Under the pieces are notes generated by a model, which did not search any database, had not been told where the DNA came from, and saw only the letters and a program-made list of their open reading frames with translations. 64,000 nt of DNA, taken from assembly GCA_001179505.1 (NCBI GenBank), contig CDMY01000255.1:496001-560000 (forward strand), in the 5' to 3' direction. Both the position numbers and the translations under genes were made by a program. This document shows, in pieces, positions 48,891 to 62,365 of the stretch; position 1 is the first letter of the stretch, and each line of letters opens with the position of its first letter. Origin of the DNA: Vitrella brassicaformis CCMP3155 (Eukaryota; Protista; Chromerida).

Positions 48891-49243
48891 CGCGCAGAGG
48901 CAACGACCCAAGCGCCGAATGCAAACCCACAAACCGACCCTGGGAGGGAGGGAACGCACGGCGACAGCAGGGGGCTGCTTCCGCGCCGAGAGAAATAAGA
49001 CCGAGAGATGATCCCCAATGGAGTCGGGAGGTGCTCACTGCCTCTCAGGGCATGCACACACAAGCGAGGACCTGCCTATTTGGCGCTTTTGCATCTCCTT
49101 GGTCTGCGAGCGTTGCTGCGAGCTTAGGGGAAGTGACCTTGAATGGAAGAAACGAAGGCGCCGATTATGCAGCTGCGAGGCTGATACGATACGAGCCTGC
49201 CATCGATCCATCGATCGCATCGACGACAGACAGAGATAGATAG

Positions 49244-49859
49244 ATGAGCGGAGAGGTGGATCCTCTCCTGGCGGGCCTCTCCAGTGACTACTGGGACGAT
49301 GACGCACGCCGAGATCAGCTCAACCTGCCGCCGCAGAACAACAAGAAAAAGAGAAGGATTAGCGATGAAGATGATGAGGACAGACAGCGGCCATCCGAGG
49401 GCATCTTGGGCTTCAAGGCTGCGTCCGCACGGAGCAGGGCAGTGGAGGAGAGCATCGGTGGGGCGAAGAGCAGGGAAGAGAGGGAATACTGCTTCAATGT
49501 CAACGAGGGCGGGTTCACTGAGCAGATGCAGGAGGACTTCTACGTAAGGCAGGCCTGCAGTGCAGGCCAGGCAGCACACACACACACACAGGGGTGAACT
49601 GACTGCATGCACGCCTGTGCGTGTGTGTGTGTGTGTGTACATGTGTTGTGTGTGGGGTCATGCAGATGAACCTGCATGACGGGAAATCGGTCGGCCGGCG
49701 TGGGCTCGGTCTCGATGCCGACGAGATGCATCGCCGGCTGCTGCAACTGAAACGGTGACTGACTGACATACACTCATCCACTCACAGCAACCAATGATCT
49801 TTCAAGACTGACTGTCCTTCCTTCACTCTCAGCAGCCTCTGCCTTCTTCTCTCTGTGGT

Positions 49860-49890
<31 letters not shown>

Positions 49891-51001
49891 GCCCCAGGAG
49901 AGAGAGAGGCGGCGGCAGCACGATGACAGAGACCATCGAGGGTACAAGATGTGCACTCATCTGCTCCCCCCTCCCACATCCATTCCATCAGCCACTGTGT
50001 TTGCTGTCTGCCTACGTTGTCGTCAGGCGTGATCGGAGGCGCTCAAGGTCACGATCAAGATCAAGATCTCTGTCACCATCCCCCGGCCATCTAAGAAGAA
50101 GGGACGACATGCCCGTGAGAGCTCACCGGAGGCGCGATGACGATGAGAGAGACGAGGACGGCAGGTGGCACCAGGACGGCGAGGCGGGTGGTGTGCAGCG
50201 GCCGGCCACCACGTCCGATCCAAGGGCGCTGTCGCTCAAGGAGAAGATCGCGCAGAAAATGAAGGTCAGACAGATGGCGTTCATCATCAGCCATGGTCAC
50301 ATGGTCACGTGTGTGTAGGCGATGGCTGAGAAGAAGCAGAGCGGCGGCGGCAGGTCTGCTGCAGGGACGTCGCGGAATCCGCTGAGGAACGAAGACAGGT
50401 CAGTCAGTGACTCGACGCAATGGATAGGTGCGCACTCTCACTCTCACTCTGACTGGATTGTGTTGCGTGTGGCTGTGGTGGGTGCGCTCAGTCGTCTGCT
50501 GGACATCAAGGAGGCCATCACACGGGAGAGCCGCCAGTTCGGCGGCGGAAAGGTCAAGCACCCACAGCACCTCCTCAAGGTCGGTTAGTCGGTCACATGC
50601 ACTGCACGCCGGAAACGCTGGCGGACACCCACACCAATGTCTCTCAGGCCGAGCAGGACGACCGTCAGGCAATGGCCAGAATGATCGAGTCCGATGATGC
50701 TGATGGATTCGGGTCCTTCCTCGAGCAGCGACGCATCGAAATGAGAGGGAGTGGGAGGGCGGGGGCAGGTGACGCCGAGCGACAGCAGGGGAGTGCGGCG
50801 AGAGAGGAGAGGGACCATCTCGACGCCATATTCGGAGCGTCGGCGGCCCCTGTGGATGGTGACGTGAGGGATGGTGGGGGTGAGAGGGGCGGTGGTGCAC
50901 CGTCCGCAGCACCTGGTGGTGGTGGTGGTGGTGGCGGTGATACTAGCCTGCTTGGTGCGGCCGCATTACCTGGCCGACGGAATGCATGGCGACGCAGATG
51001 A
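49244..51001 (+). CDS. SR-rich, probably nuclear hypothetical protein, multi-exon
   Basis: KKKRR NLS-like motif and an RSRSRSRSRS tract; about 6-7 GT-AG-bounded exons. Confidence 0.55.
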
Positions 51002-51370
51002 GATGATAGATAGCTTGATGATGGGGTTGTGTGCTGTGCTGTGCAGTGGGCGTCGTGTCGGTAGATCGGTGTGCGCGTGCGTGCGTGTATGTGTGTGTAG
51101 ACGTCTGACCGCACCCCTCGGTTGACTAACGGTGAAAGATCTGTCTGTCTTGTTTGATTCCATCCCATCATCCATCCTTGACTAAATACACACACCTACA
51201 CCGTGATCGATCGGCGAGGGAGGGAGGGAGTCCACACACACCACTCACATACACACATAACATACAAACACTCGCCGAACTGAATGAAGCTTCCCACCCA
51301 CACAAAAACCCGTAGGCACACCCACACCCACACACATACACACATAATTACAGCCCTATAAGGCAGCAAG

Positions 51371-53552
51371 CTACACCTGTGGCCTTCCCCGTTTGGGCCC
51401 CCCCCCACCCTTTCCCATCAGCCGTGCCGCCGCCTTCTTTTGGTTCTTCTCGACCTGTTTCTCCAGGTTGATGGCCTGGTGCTCGTTCATTTTGCGTGGG
51501 TTGAGGTCGAATGCGGGGGTGTCCCGGGGCCGCATCAGGAGGTAGATCATGGTGACCAGAGACCACGCCAGCAAGATGTAGATGAACACGTTGTTGGCGA
51601 AGAAATACCTGAGACACACACATACAGAAAGAAAGAGAGGGAGAGGGGGAGAGAGGGAGAGAGTGTGTGGGCGGATGGGATGGGTGGGGGATGGCTATCT
51701 AGTGCTCATGCTCACTTGAAGAACTTCAGGTGTCTAATTTGTGCGCTGAAGATGACGTCGGCGTCCGTCAGGCGGGCGTACTCCGCAAAGGCATCCTGTT
51801 TGTTTGTGCGTTTGTTAGTAGGCCACACACACCAACCCAGAGCAGAGCCCAGAGAGCATCCATCCATACCATAGATACGGTGCGGTGTGGTGTGGTGTGT
51901 GGGCGGCCAGTTCAGTTCTCCTTGCATCGCATACCTGTGAGAACTGTACGATGGCGCCCGCCGAGATGAGTATGAGCATCACGTTGAACAGGAAGGTGTT
52001 CATGTGCGTCTCATGCGGCTTCATCGGGTGAATGGGGAACAGAAAGAATATCTGACACACACACACATAACACATACATATTGGCCGACACACACACATA
52101 CACCCACACCCACGCCCCCCAACGCCAAGAGATCAGATCCGTGTGTCGGTAGGTACCCTACCCTACCCTACCCTCATTCCGAATTTGAAGCACCCCTTGA
52201 CGACACACGCCATGAGGTACACGACCAGTATGGCGTATGCGGCCAGCGAGAGCATGAAGAAGCCCGTCCGCTCCATGGCGATGAGGATGTCGTTGAAGAA
52301 GGCCGTGATGGGCACCAGGTCGCCCGTGAGGCGCGAGACGATGTTGTAGAGGAGGATGTGCAGCAGCCACAGCACCGACAGGATGGCGCAGAGGATGCCC
52401 AGCACCAGCTTGGCGATCGATATTACCGGGTTCTCGCCCTTCTCCTTCAGCGAGATCTCCAGGTGGGCCCACTCTCGCTCCAACAAGTACACCGCCTGAC
52501 AGGCAGACAGACACATCGATGGTGGGATGGTGGCTGGAGTGGGTGGAGGATCAGATCAGATCACCTGCTTGAATTTGTTGTATTCTTGGCTGAGTGCAGC
52601 CTTTTCTTTGCGGCTGCTCCACCCCGTCTTGCTACGCAGGTCCAGCTCCTTGCCCTTCAGGTCCTCACCGATCTGACGCAAATTGGTCGCCTTCTCGCCC
52701 AGCAACTTCTTCCGCGCACTGAGTCACGCACGTCACACACAGACACGCAAGCACAACAACAACAAGTGAGTACAATACACTCATGAAGCGAAGCGAAGCA
52801 AACAGCCATGCAGCCGATGGCCCACCGCGTACCCACCTGAACTTGGAGAGGTCCATGGCAGTGGGCCGGTCGATGTAGCTGAGTATGAGGTCCAGCGGGA
52901 TGGCCGTCAGACCGATGCCGCCGAACAGGGCGAACAGGAACCAGCCCACGAAGCACATAATGCCGATCAGGTAGATCTCGAAGCTCACATTCACCTCCAG
53001 CACGGCGTCTTTCGCCTTGCTGCACACCGAGGGCGCCTCAGAGCTGTCGGCAGCGACTGCCCTGTCACACTCGATGCTCTTGACGGGGATGGAGGCCTTG
53101 CTGAGGAGGGCAAAGGAGATGCCGACGATGGCCGCCACAATGACGATCGTGAAGCCCATGTAGAAAAGCGCCGACTGCCACGGCTTGCACTTGGTCACCC
53201 TCTGGTCCGTGTCGGCCTCGTAGTAGAAGGTGGCAAACGGCAGGAAGACCGTCACGAACACGGCGATGCAGATGTACATTCCGCTCCAGAACCACTTCAT
53301 GTCTAGCCGCGGGCAGTCGCTGCCGCCGAAGAGGCATGACGAGAAGGCCGGGCGGGAGTTGTAGACGTCGATGGGCAGGAGGAGGATGAGCAGCCAGGCC
53401 AGGAGCAGGCCGACGACGACCATGATTTTGCAGAGGACGGCCTGGCCGATGGATCGGTCATCGGGGTGCTCGTAGTAGTAGAGGAGCTTGAGGTTGGTGA
53501 GGATGAAGATCACCACAAAGGCCAGCACCGTGAACAAGATGAACAGATCCAT
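51371..53552 (-). CDS. LMBR1/LIMR-family multi-pass membrane protein
   Basis: YYYEHPDD...LLLPIDVYN, FLPFATFYYEAD, FALFGGIGLTAIPLDLILSYIDRP, KGCFKFGMR...IHPMKPHETHMNTFLFNV are characteristic LMBR1-like motifs. About 7 exons. Confidence 0.9.
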
Positions 53553-53970
53553 GCTCAGCGGCAGAGAGCACACAAAGAGCGTCACGTCGATGATATGATC
53601 TCACACAGCTGCTCTCGACTCATGTCGTTCTTTTCCTCCTTTCATATTCGCAAGCTCGCCCATTCAGCAGCGGTTTCACGGACACCCTAGTGCGAGCTGT
53701 TCTGCTCTCGGACATCCCTTTTCTCTCTGTTTCGCTGTTGCGGCAGGCAGGAAAGCAAGCCTGGGAGATCCTGGTGCTTCACAAGGCGAAAGGAGCAATT
53801 TCGGCAGAGGCGGAGATCGGCGCGAGAGAGATACACGCGAGATCTGTTCGTTTCGACAAGCATCCTTCGCTCCCGTGCTCATCATCATCATCATCAGAAG
53901 ATCCACTCCTTGCTCGATTCGGCGGCTTCCTGAGATCCGATGACCGTGGTCCGCTAGCGGCCCACGCGAG

Positions 53971-56331
53971 ATGACCAGCACCGTGGACTCTGCCTCATCG
54001 TCACACACGACAACCCTGTCAGCAGCAGAGGAGCCAGCCACCTCAGCTGTCCCACCGATGGAAGCCACTCCCACGTCAGCGTCTGGCCTGATGCGCCAGA
54101 ACACGCCAAGCTATGCCAGGCGGGGGAGGAAGTCCTCATTGTTCGAGGAGGACAAGTACAAGCGGCTGAACCTGCAGAGGCTCGCAGAGGTCTGTGAGCC
54201 AGACAAGCCGAGAGAAGCCAATGCAGCCCCACACACAGGCATCGATGTGTGTGTGTGTGTGTGTGCGTGTGTGTCGTGCAGGCGATAATAGAGGACCATG
54301 ACATTGAGGTTGAGGCCGAGGACGAGAAGACCTACTGCCAGAGGATTGCGACGTCGTGGCGGTTCGAGCTGGGTGTGTGGATCCTCATCATCCTCAACTG
54401 CCTTGCCGTCTGGATCGAGACCAGCGAGTACGCCAAGAAACTCAAAGAGGACGGCGAAAAGCCCAACTACTCCATGGTCACATGGATACCCCGCATGTAT
54501 GTCAGTACGTCAGACAGACAGAGAGAGTTGCATGAGATTGAGATGAGCAGCAAACGCAGGGACGGGCCCAGATGTGACTGGTGTGTGTGTGTATGTGTGT
54601 GTGTGTGTCTGCAGCTCTCCGTGGCTTTGGCTTCAGTTCGCGTGTCTGGCGCTGTTTGTGCTGGAGGTGGCCTTCAAGGTGGCGGTGCTGGGGCGAAAGT
54701 TCTTCCGCAATGTCTACAACTGGATCGACTTATTTGTCCTGCTCATCACTATTGTGCCATGGTATAGGAGGGAGGGAGGGAGGGAGGGAGGGAGGGAGGA
54801 TGGGACAGACCACACCACACCACACCACAGCCATGCCACGTGCCTTCAACGTCTGTCTGTCTGTGTCCCTCTTTCTTCAGGGTGATGTCGCTCATCCTTT
54901 CAAAAGACTATGGCCCCGGCAGCAACGCCGAGATGGCCTGGCGCAAGCTGCTCATCCTGCGGATCGTGCGCCTCTTCGCCATCACCAAGGCACTCAGACG
55001 ATGGCCCATCTTCAGAGAGCTATGGTCAGTCTCGCCTCCATCACCATCACACACACACACACACAGAGAGAGACACACACACAGGCCTACCGACACATTT
55101 GGCCACTAACTCCTGTGTGTATGTCATTTATATGGGTTTTTTGCAGGATGTTGACCACCGGGGTGACATACTCGATCAAGACGCTCATCTGGGGCCTGGC
55201 CCTCACCTTTGTGCTGCTCTTCGTCTTCGCCGTCTTCGCCACGAGCATGATCGGCTTCAGCACTGACTTCATCCCCACCGATGCAGAGAAGGGATACTTC
55301 AACAACGAGGACAGGCCCTACTGCCCCGACACCGACGACGAGATCGCTTGCTACAGCGCAGAGGCCAAACGGGAAGTGCGGGTGAGTTGAGTCCCTCCTC
55401 CCCCCGTCGATGACCTCCTCACATCGCCTTGTGTGTGTGTGGTGGGTTGCAGGAGAGCTGGGGCACGGTGACGCAGAGTATGGCGACGCTCTTCCAGATC
55501 ATGACGCTTGACGACTGGATGCAGGAGATAGGGCCGGTCCTGGAGGAGCAGCCCGGCATGCTCCTCTTCTTCATCGCCTTCATCGCCGTCTCCGTCTTCG
55601 CCCTCACCAACCTCATCACGGCCGTCCTGGTGGAGAGCGCCATGCAGGTGTCGCGCGAAGACGAGAAGCAGAAGGAGTACGAGGCAGCCAAGGAGGTGCA
55701 AAAGCTGAAGAAGCTGCTGGTGCGAGTGCTATGCCCCGAGAGCTCCGTGCAGAAGCAGGACAAGGACAAGGACAAGCCCAACACGCGGCTGGTCATCCCA
55801 TCCCTCCAAGACGCCGCGACGTCGCCCACCACGGCTGAGAAGGCGGGCGGCGCGGGAGCGGCAAGCAAGACGGGGACGGTCAAGGCAGTCATGCTGTCGG
55901 TGGGGCACTTCCTGAACCCTTTGCGCAAGCGGCGGCCGATGGACAGCGCACAGACGGTGATGCGCATGGCGACTAAACATGATGCGTCGTTCCGGAAGGA
56001 GCAGCTCATGGAGGTCATCGACAGACCTGAGATCAAGGTCCGGACGCTTGTGATCAAGGGTGGATGGATGGATGGATGGAGGGGCACACTCACCCTGGGT
56101 GTGTGTGTGTGTGTGTTGTGGTTGTGTTTATCAGCGCTTGATGAAGATCTATGACGTGGAGGAGTCTGATCTGCTGGGTCTGTGCGACCTGCTGACCATG
56201 GACGAGATGAACAATGGCACTGGAAGTCCCGAGATCATGGTCGAGGACTTTATAGTCGGCACACAGAAGCTCCGGGTATGTCCGATGAATGCACACCTGT
56301 GACAGACACGCAATGCTTTGGGCTCTCCTGC

Positions 56332-56368
<37 letters not shown>

Positions 56369-56974
56369 GGTCAAGCAAAGAGCAAGGATCTGTTTGAGCT
56401 GCGCACACGGCTGTCAGCCATGGAGCGGAACCAGCTCAACCTCATGGAAGAGATGGCTCGCCTGCGATCCACACTCAGGTCGGTAAAAGGCAACACACAC
56501 ACGCAGACACTCTCTCACCCACACAGACAGGCAGGCAGAGAAGACAAGACACCTTACTTACCTCGCTCACCTCTTGCTTGCACCAGGGGCGGCTCCACGG
56601 CCTCTCTCGACGACAAGCTCGGCCCCTCTCTCCGCGTCTACAATCCATACGCCACACGATCCACCCTCGGCTCCGCAGAAGGGGGCACGCCACTCGCAAC
56701 CACCGGACAGACAACCGCCACCGACTCGCCCATCGACACCCAGCGGCAGCTCGACGCGCGCAGCCCCAACAGCATCAGCGTCCCATCTGGCCTTGGCGCG
56801 CCGCAGCAGGCGAAGGGCCTGGTTCGGCGTAGGAGCTTACGCCGTCGGCTGTTCAGTGCTGTGGTGGGTCCGCGTTTCTCGCTGCGGCGGCCGGTGGCCC
56901 CCCACAACCACCATGAAGAGATGGACGAGGGGGTGGCCGAGGACAGCATACGGGCCAGAATGTCTGACGTGTGA
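53971..56974 (+). CDS. Single-domain (6TM) voltage-gated Na+/Ca2+-type channel with a C-terminal EF-hand-like and coiled-coil region
   Basis: S1 FELGVWILIILNCLAVWIET; S2 LFVLEVAFK; S3 YNWIDLFVL; S4 LRIVRLFAITKALRRWPIFREL; pore TLFQIMTLDDW (55504-55518); S6 FALTNLITAVLVESAM; then EDFIVGTQKLRGQAKSKDL. Only one 6TM repeat. Confidence 0.85.
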
Positions 56975-58160
56975 TGGAGTGTGGTGCTAACTTAGGGCAG
57001 GGAGGGAGGGTGGTTGGTTGGTTGGTCTTTTGTGAGTGAGGGAGGTAGCAGGTGTGTATGTGGGTATGTGTGCTGCATGTGTTGTGGGTTGGTTCATGCA
57101 ATGCCGCTGCGGCGGTTGTGGTGTTTCATCATCCTATCCTGTTTTTGCCCATGAATTTTCCTGTCACGTCCGTTTTTAGTGCCGCACAAGCCTTGTGCGG
57201 TGCGAACTCACTGCATCCACCCGGCCGTGGTGTCATGTCATGTCTTGTTGTGCTGCGTTGTGCTGTGTCTGTCGTGTTGTGCCTGCCTGCCTGTGTTGTG
57301 TCTTTCATTAATCCATCCCTTTTCTTGTTTTGCGTGCGTGCGTGCCGTCATGATTCGATTCGCATCACATACATACATACATGTGCGTTGCATACGTGTG
57401 GTTTTGTACACAGACTGTGCGTGGCGGCCTTTTTCTGTGTTTGTTTTCCCCGTGTGCTATGCGTCCTTTGAGAGCGCCTCACACGAGTTTTTCGTGTGCG
57501 TGTCGGTCCACCACTTGGTGACTCACGTACTGCGCGTTGCGTTGGGATGGGATGGGATATGGGCGCAGTGCACCCATCACCTGCATCACCACCTGGTGTT
57601 TCTCGCTCACGCCAACCGTGTCTGGTATGTTGCCAACTGCCTTCCTGATTGCAAACGTGTCCATGTCCGTGTCCGTGTCGGGTTGTCTGTCTTTATATAG
57701 GCTTTAGTGTGCGCATACCACTGTGGACATGCAGACGTGCGTGCCTACCTACCGCCTACCGTATCTATCGCTCCCTCTCTCCATCCCTCCCTCCCTCCCT
57801 CCCTCCCTCTCTCCCTCTCTCCCTCCCTGACGTCCTGGGGATTTTCGTGTGCGTGTGGGGTCGAGTGCGTCCAATGGTTGGATGGATGGATGGATCAGTG
57901 AATGGATGAGTTTATTGGTTGGTTCTTGTTTAACCAGACGAGCTGACAGAGTTCCCAGAGAGAGTATATGAGTTACGAACCCGCGATGACTTAACGTAGG
58001 GTGGACAAGAAACGACGCAGACCAGACCAGCCCAGCAGCAGCAACAGCCGCACACAGCCATACACACTTCAGCTCAGCGCAGCGAAACAGAAAAAGACCA
58101 GAAACCAACCAGATCAGATGATGACCCTCCCCCCCATCTCGCCCCGTCTCTCTCAATGGT

Positions 58161-61100
58161 TCATGCCCTCGCTGCCCTCGGTTTTTTGGCGTACTGCATA
58201 CCGCACAGCGGGCTGCACAGGTTGGCCTGCGACGGCTCCATCACCAGCACTCTCCCACTCCCGCCCTCTTTCGCCCCGGATGAGGAGGAGCACAGGTAAG
58301 AAGAGACACAGCAGCTGTTGGTGGTGGCTGGCTGTAGCTGTGGCCGAGCTACTGTGAGCGGCTGTCTCGGCGACACGAGTGGGGTGTATATGTGTGTGGC
58401 CGTGGCCGTGGCTGTGGCTGTGGCTGGCGGAATGGGAGCTTGTGCAGCACTCGGTTGTGCTTGTCTCGCAGGTGGTGCTTGTGCTGTGACTGGTGGGAGT
58501 TTATCCTTGTTCTTGACTTGGGGGGGCCCGACGGTGGCGTCGCGGTAAATAGGCCGCGACTCAACCACAATGTACTCGTTAACCACCTCGCCTGACACAC
58601 ACACACAGAGACAACAATCCCTTCCTTCGGCTATCCAACTTCTGAGCAGGCGTACCTATGACATCTCTGTCCCCCTCTCTCGGCGCCCAGCAGCACGACC
58701 GCCCCACCCCGCCCCTCGCCAACACCATCGGTGTCTCGCCAACAGGCCTTCCCGTTGGCCACGGCGAGGGCGGCGCCGATGCCGATGCACCCAGACGACA
58801 CGGCATCATGCAGATCGTCGGCACCTTGGGCGGAGTCTGCAGCGCACGGGCGCCCCTCGGAGTGATGGATTGCGGCGTGGCCAGGAGGGACGAGCGTGGC
58901 GACTGCGACTCTTCGGGGATCGGACTGAGGCACGGCCTCGGCTGCTGTTGCGGGAGCGGGGGCGGCAGTGTTTGCCGCGTGGGAGACACGTCCGTCTGTG
59001 TGGCGTGGTCCACCTGAGGCTTGGTGAGGATCCTCGACAGCCACTCGGGTGTGCGTGCGCGTCCGACCGTGGCGCCCAGCTTGGTCTTGACTGGAGGTGC
59101 TGCTGGAAATGTGTTGCGTCGCTTGATGTCGCGGGCGAATGGGAAGCTGACCCATGAAGATGGGTGCCTCGGCGAGACGCTCATGTTGAGCTGCACAGGC
59201 AGCCTGGAACGCCGTTCGGTCTTGCTGCCTGGCGACGGGGGCGGCAGCATCGACACACCCGAGTCGTTGAGGGCCTTGTTGCGCTGTGATGCGTCCTCGT
59301 CCGGCGACGTGTAGAGGCTAAGACGCGAGTAGGGCGTGCCGATGCCGCGGTAGACGTCTCCCGCCTCGCTGGGCGGGCGGGACACGCGAGGGCGGCGACG
59401 GTCGGCTGACGCCTTCCATCGCTGCAGCTCCTCCACGAGGCGCTGGTTGTCTCGCTTCAGCACATCTGAATGACGCACAGACACAGACACGTGCAATCCA
59501 CATATATGTGGCCTGCCATCTGCACCCACCGACCCATTCTCGCGGTGAGAGCGTCCATTTCCTCGTCGATCCCCCGTCGCGGCTCCATGGGCGTTCCGAC
59601 AGGCGTTGGATGACTTCTGCTTGACCAGGCCGACATGCTCGACAGCAGCTGCAATTGCTGCGGCGCCTCGAGCGGCGACTGAGGGCCCTGCACCATGATG
59701 ATGGGCGACCACCCCATGGCCAGAGGAGACGGTGCCATCAGTCGCAGACCTTGGGACGGGGGGAGGCGGCCAGGGGCAGTGAGTGGGCGGCCTGGTGTTG
59801 AGGGAGCTGGCGCACTCTGGGCTCCACCTGGTGGCTTGCCGACCGACGGGGGTGGATGGAGCTCGCTGGGAGTGTGGACACTGTAAGGGGATCCGTCACC
59901 GCGGAGATATGGGGTGCCACTGGGGCTGATCGGGGCTGCGTGCACCGCACACCACCGCCACACAAACAAACAGATAGATGACCACCACGCCAGTGTGTCT
60001 GTGTGGATGTGTGTACCTCTCGCGAGTTCGTCTGCGAGCGAGATTCGAGCATGGACAGGGCCAGTCTGCATCATAGCTGCAGCAACGGCATAGAAAAGGG
60101 GTATGTCACAGTCACAAGCAGCCAGCGAGCTCGGGGAATGATGGAGTGTCGAGTTTTCGCTCACAGTTTGGCTGGGAGGGTCGAGGGTGGTACAGTCGGA
60201 CTTTGAGCGACGCCACCTGCTGCTTGGCCTCATTGTAGTGGGCCTGCAGGTGCTGCATCGACTCCATCATACGCTCATGCAGACGAGACACCTCCCTGCA
60301 CACACAGACACACAGACACACAGACAAGGGATTGGAATCGGGCGGCTAGACAAGTATGTGCACCTTCTGACCTTTGCTTGTCTTCCTGCGCTTCAAAAAG
60401 ATCATTCTGCAGCTCGTGGATGCGCTGACGCAAAGCGTCATTCTCCTGCAGCAGCTCTGGCAACCAGACAGCACAGCACAGCACACATGTGTTGATTCAG
60501 AAGCATGCAGTCCACTGACAGACGCCCACCTTGCATCTTCCTTTGGAGGGTGCGGATGTGGTCGTCTTTCTCGATCTGGGCCGCCTCGGCCGTGAGAGCC
60601 ACCCGCTGCGACTGCTCCATTGCCAGCAACTGCTCTGCCTCCATGTAACGCGCATAGATGTGCTGTAGTCACACACACACACACATACAAATTGGTGACA
60701 TTGTCGGTTGCGAGGTCTGTCCTTGCTGTGACGATGCATGCGTACATCGATGTCCTTTTGCAGCTTCTCGAGGTGTGCGATGGAGGCCCTGCGCGACTTG
60801 TCGACGCGGAACTCCTCCGCTGCCAACACGTTCTGCAGCTGAACCCGCAACTGTTTGCACCAATCACACACAGGTGACACGAACAGACGGACATGCACTA
60901 TTTCGTGGCGCACTGCAGCTGACCCCTTCTATGTCGTCTTTGGCCTTTTGTGCCGTTGCCCGCTTCTCTGTCTCGGCGCTGGCCAGCTCCTCTTCCAACT
61001 GCATCATGGCTGCACTCACAGAAGGAGCCACAAAACAGCGACAGATATAGAGAGAGGAGGAGGGAGGAACAGAGGCCTTTCCGTGCCATGCGTACCATTG

Positions 61101-61776
61101 ATGAGCTCTTCTCGCTGCCTGCGGTAGTGCTCCGCTTCTGCATACAGCCTACAGCCACCAAACACAGACACACAGAGACATGAGACTGTGGCGCGAGTGG
61201 AAGAGGGTGTCAAGCAAGGGGTGGGTGAGCCACCTTTGGTTCTCTGCATCTGTATCGGCCATTGCGCTTTCGATGTCCTTCCGTCGCTCGTCAAACTCCC
61301 GCTGCTGCTCGTCGAACTTATCCTGCAGACAGGCCAGGCGGGACAGAGTATTGTGTGTGTATGTATCAATCGCACCCACTCACTCACTCACTCACTCAGC
61401 CGCATTCATTGTACATCAATAATTGTCTCGTGTGAATGAACAACGAATCAGTCAACCAATCAATCTCACCCTTAATGCCCCATACTCCGACTTCAAAATC
61501 CTGCGAGGCACGGCGTACAGTCATTCATAACGCTCCCGTCACTCACTCCTCGCCCTCTCACCTATATGTCTGCTTAGGGTCTGTTGTCTCCAAGAAGCGA
61601 TCAGCTCCCTCAGACAACATCGGTGACGCACCCAGTGACGACACACCACCCACCGACCTTCCCTCTATCTCCTGGGTCATATTGAAGCCACCCGGCCGAG
61701 ACCCCTCCGACTCCCCCATGCTGCTGGGCCGCTTTTCAGGCAGCCCGTCGTTGGCTTGAGGCTGCCCCTCACTCAT
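58161..61776 (-). CDS. Large coiled-coil protein with a Pro/Ser-rich C-terminal half, multi-exon, hypothetical
   Basis: Series of E/Q/L-rich exons (DKFDEQQREFDERRKDIE..., QLRVQLQNVLAAEE..., ELLQENDALRQRIHELQ...) followed by long low-complexity exons. About 13 introns. Confidence 0.65.
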
Positions 61777-62365
61777 CTGAGATGCGGGGCTGCGGGCCCC
61801 CAGCGCTTGCGAGGCCTTGACAGTGCTCCGGTCCGCCGCGAGTGTGCGCGTGACGTTGCGATTGGCTGAGGGGCTGCTGGCGGCGCTCGATGCACGTTTG
61901 GGAGCGGGGGGATCCGCCGGACCTGCACGGGAAAGGCAGAAGGGTGGATGCTGGCACGTGTGACTGGCATGGCGTCCATCCAGTGTTTTCTGGCGTACCC
62001 GGCTGCCCCCTTGCTTCCATGGTTGCGGACGGGGTCCTGGTTACAGAAACAATTTCAAACAAACAACCACAGGAGGGGCGGTTGTCTTCCTGTTTCCCTG
62101 CCTTTCTTTTGCTCCTCACCTCCCTCCCGAGTTACGGCGGCGGCCGAGCACCCCAGAGGCTGGCCCTCTCTTGGGGCTCATCGAAGAAGCCTTCATTCCG
62201 ATGGATGGACGACTCTGTACAGGTGGCAAAGTTGCCTCTCTTGGTTTCCAGCACTCGACGCACCGTGCTGGGGGTCGAAAACAGCGTCTTCTCGGTGGAA
62301 GGGACCAAATGCGGTTGTGGAGTCTCTCCTGATGATGCTTTGAAAAAGCTCGAGGGTGGGCGAAA

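Noticed and set aside
52155-52175. (CCCTA)n / (TAGGG)n tracts here and at about 13105 as telomeric repeats
   Set aside because: Only 3-4 pentamer units, located at intron 5' ends; they are ordinary microsatellites.
13975-53552. Cobalamin pathway link between CbiX and the LMBR1-family gene
   Set aside because: They are 37 kb apart. The LMBR1 protein cannot be assigned to the LMBRD1 cobalamin-export subfamily by eye, and the chelatase may serve siroheme synthesis.
62326-62345. TGATGA box C motif suggesting a snoRNA-tRNA dicistron
   Set aside because: No properly placed box D (CTGA) or terminal stem was found nearby.
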